Positions 63,286-64,000 of a stretch of 64,000 nucleotides of DNA are shown piece by piece. This stretch comes from Hydrolagus colliei (taxonomy: Eukaryota): positions 13,330,001 to 13,394,000 of the forward strand of contig CM068755.1 of the NCBI GenBank assembly GCA_035084275.1, given 5' to 3'. The notes below the pieces were generated by a model. That model did no database searches. It was not told the DNA's origin and saw nothing but the letters and a program-made list of their open reading frames with translations. Within the stretch, counting starts at the first letter, position 1; every line of letters begins with the position of its first letter. A program made the translations under genes and the position numbers.

Positions 63286-64000
63286 TTTTTAAAAATCTGC
63301 TGCATTCTTTCTGAACAGATGGGATTTTGTTGCTGAGATACAATTCATCAGAATATTCCGTTCACCTTTTTGCTGTGAAGATTTAGCCATTCTTGAGTTT
63401 TGCTATCGCGGCTCATGCTTCAAATCTCACTTTTCAATTGATTGAATCTTTTAAAAAGCCTGTGGTGGCCGTACTGTGGTGTGCTCCCTGCCAGACCCTC
63501 AGAAAAAAACGAGCATTCCCATCGTGATTGCTCAAGAGCACCTAGAGCTCACTGTGTCAATTAAGGTGAATTAAACCCATTACCAGCTACTGCGACCCCT
63601 CTCACTCTGATAAGACTCGCATTTATGCAGTCGAATGCAAACTAGCCACAGAATCTGATCACTAGTTTCATCCAATAATTAAAAGCACATTGTAAATCTG
63701 TGAGTGAGATGATACTGTTTAATGCCACCTCAACCCCACCCCATCATGGCACTAAAAACGTAATATTACACTGTCTTATTCCAGCACATAACTGATTTTC
63801 ACATTAAGTAACACGATCTCTGGTTGAAATCTCCAAGCACCATTGGAACTCCCTTCTCCTGTATTTTGTTACCCGATCCGTTCAGCAAATTGCATACGAA
63901 TGGAGTATACTTCACTCAATTATAATGAACATGACAAAGAAAATGGTTGAAAAATGTGATATGAACAGAATAAAAGATTGACCTGCCAGGTTACAGGACA

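Overview
This is eukaryotic (vertebrate) genomic DNA, most likely from a cartilaginous fish. The repeats are shark/chimaera-like (Deu-domain tRNA SINEs, L2, CR1, a Penelope-like end) and the introns are fairly compact; the species assignment is inference. The window holds two convergent genes in the conserved LYSMD4/MEF2A arrangement. LYSMD4 (+) has two coding exons (3724-3999, 5085-5594; 261 aa, LysM domain plus a C-terminal TM helix). MEF2A (-) runs from the second MADS/MEF2-domain coding exon (55470-55673) to the stop at 15722; its first coding exon (MGRKKI...) was not found and should lie beyond 64000. All internal exons were read by hand with canonical AG/GT ends and matching phases, including several the ORF track misses: the mutually exclusive alpha1/alpha2 pair separated by only 51 nt, and the 24-nt acidic beta microexon. 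Most other listed ORFs are intronic or repeat noise. I found no convincing wholly new gene system. The best leads are: the splicing architecture (51-nt spacer, RBFOX/QKI/UGC motifs, an apparently slid acceptor, a candidate recursive splice site, a candidate 111-nt cryptic exon); a hAT MITE with a perfect 8-bp TSD; a degenerate Penelope-type hammerhead ribozyme; two unexplained near-perfect hairpins; inverted SINE pairs; a CpG-rich last exon; and paired miR-155 and miR-92 seed sites.
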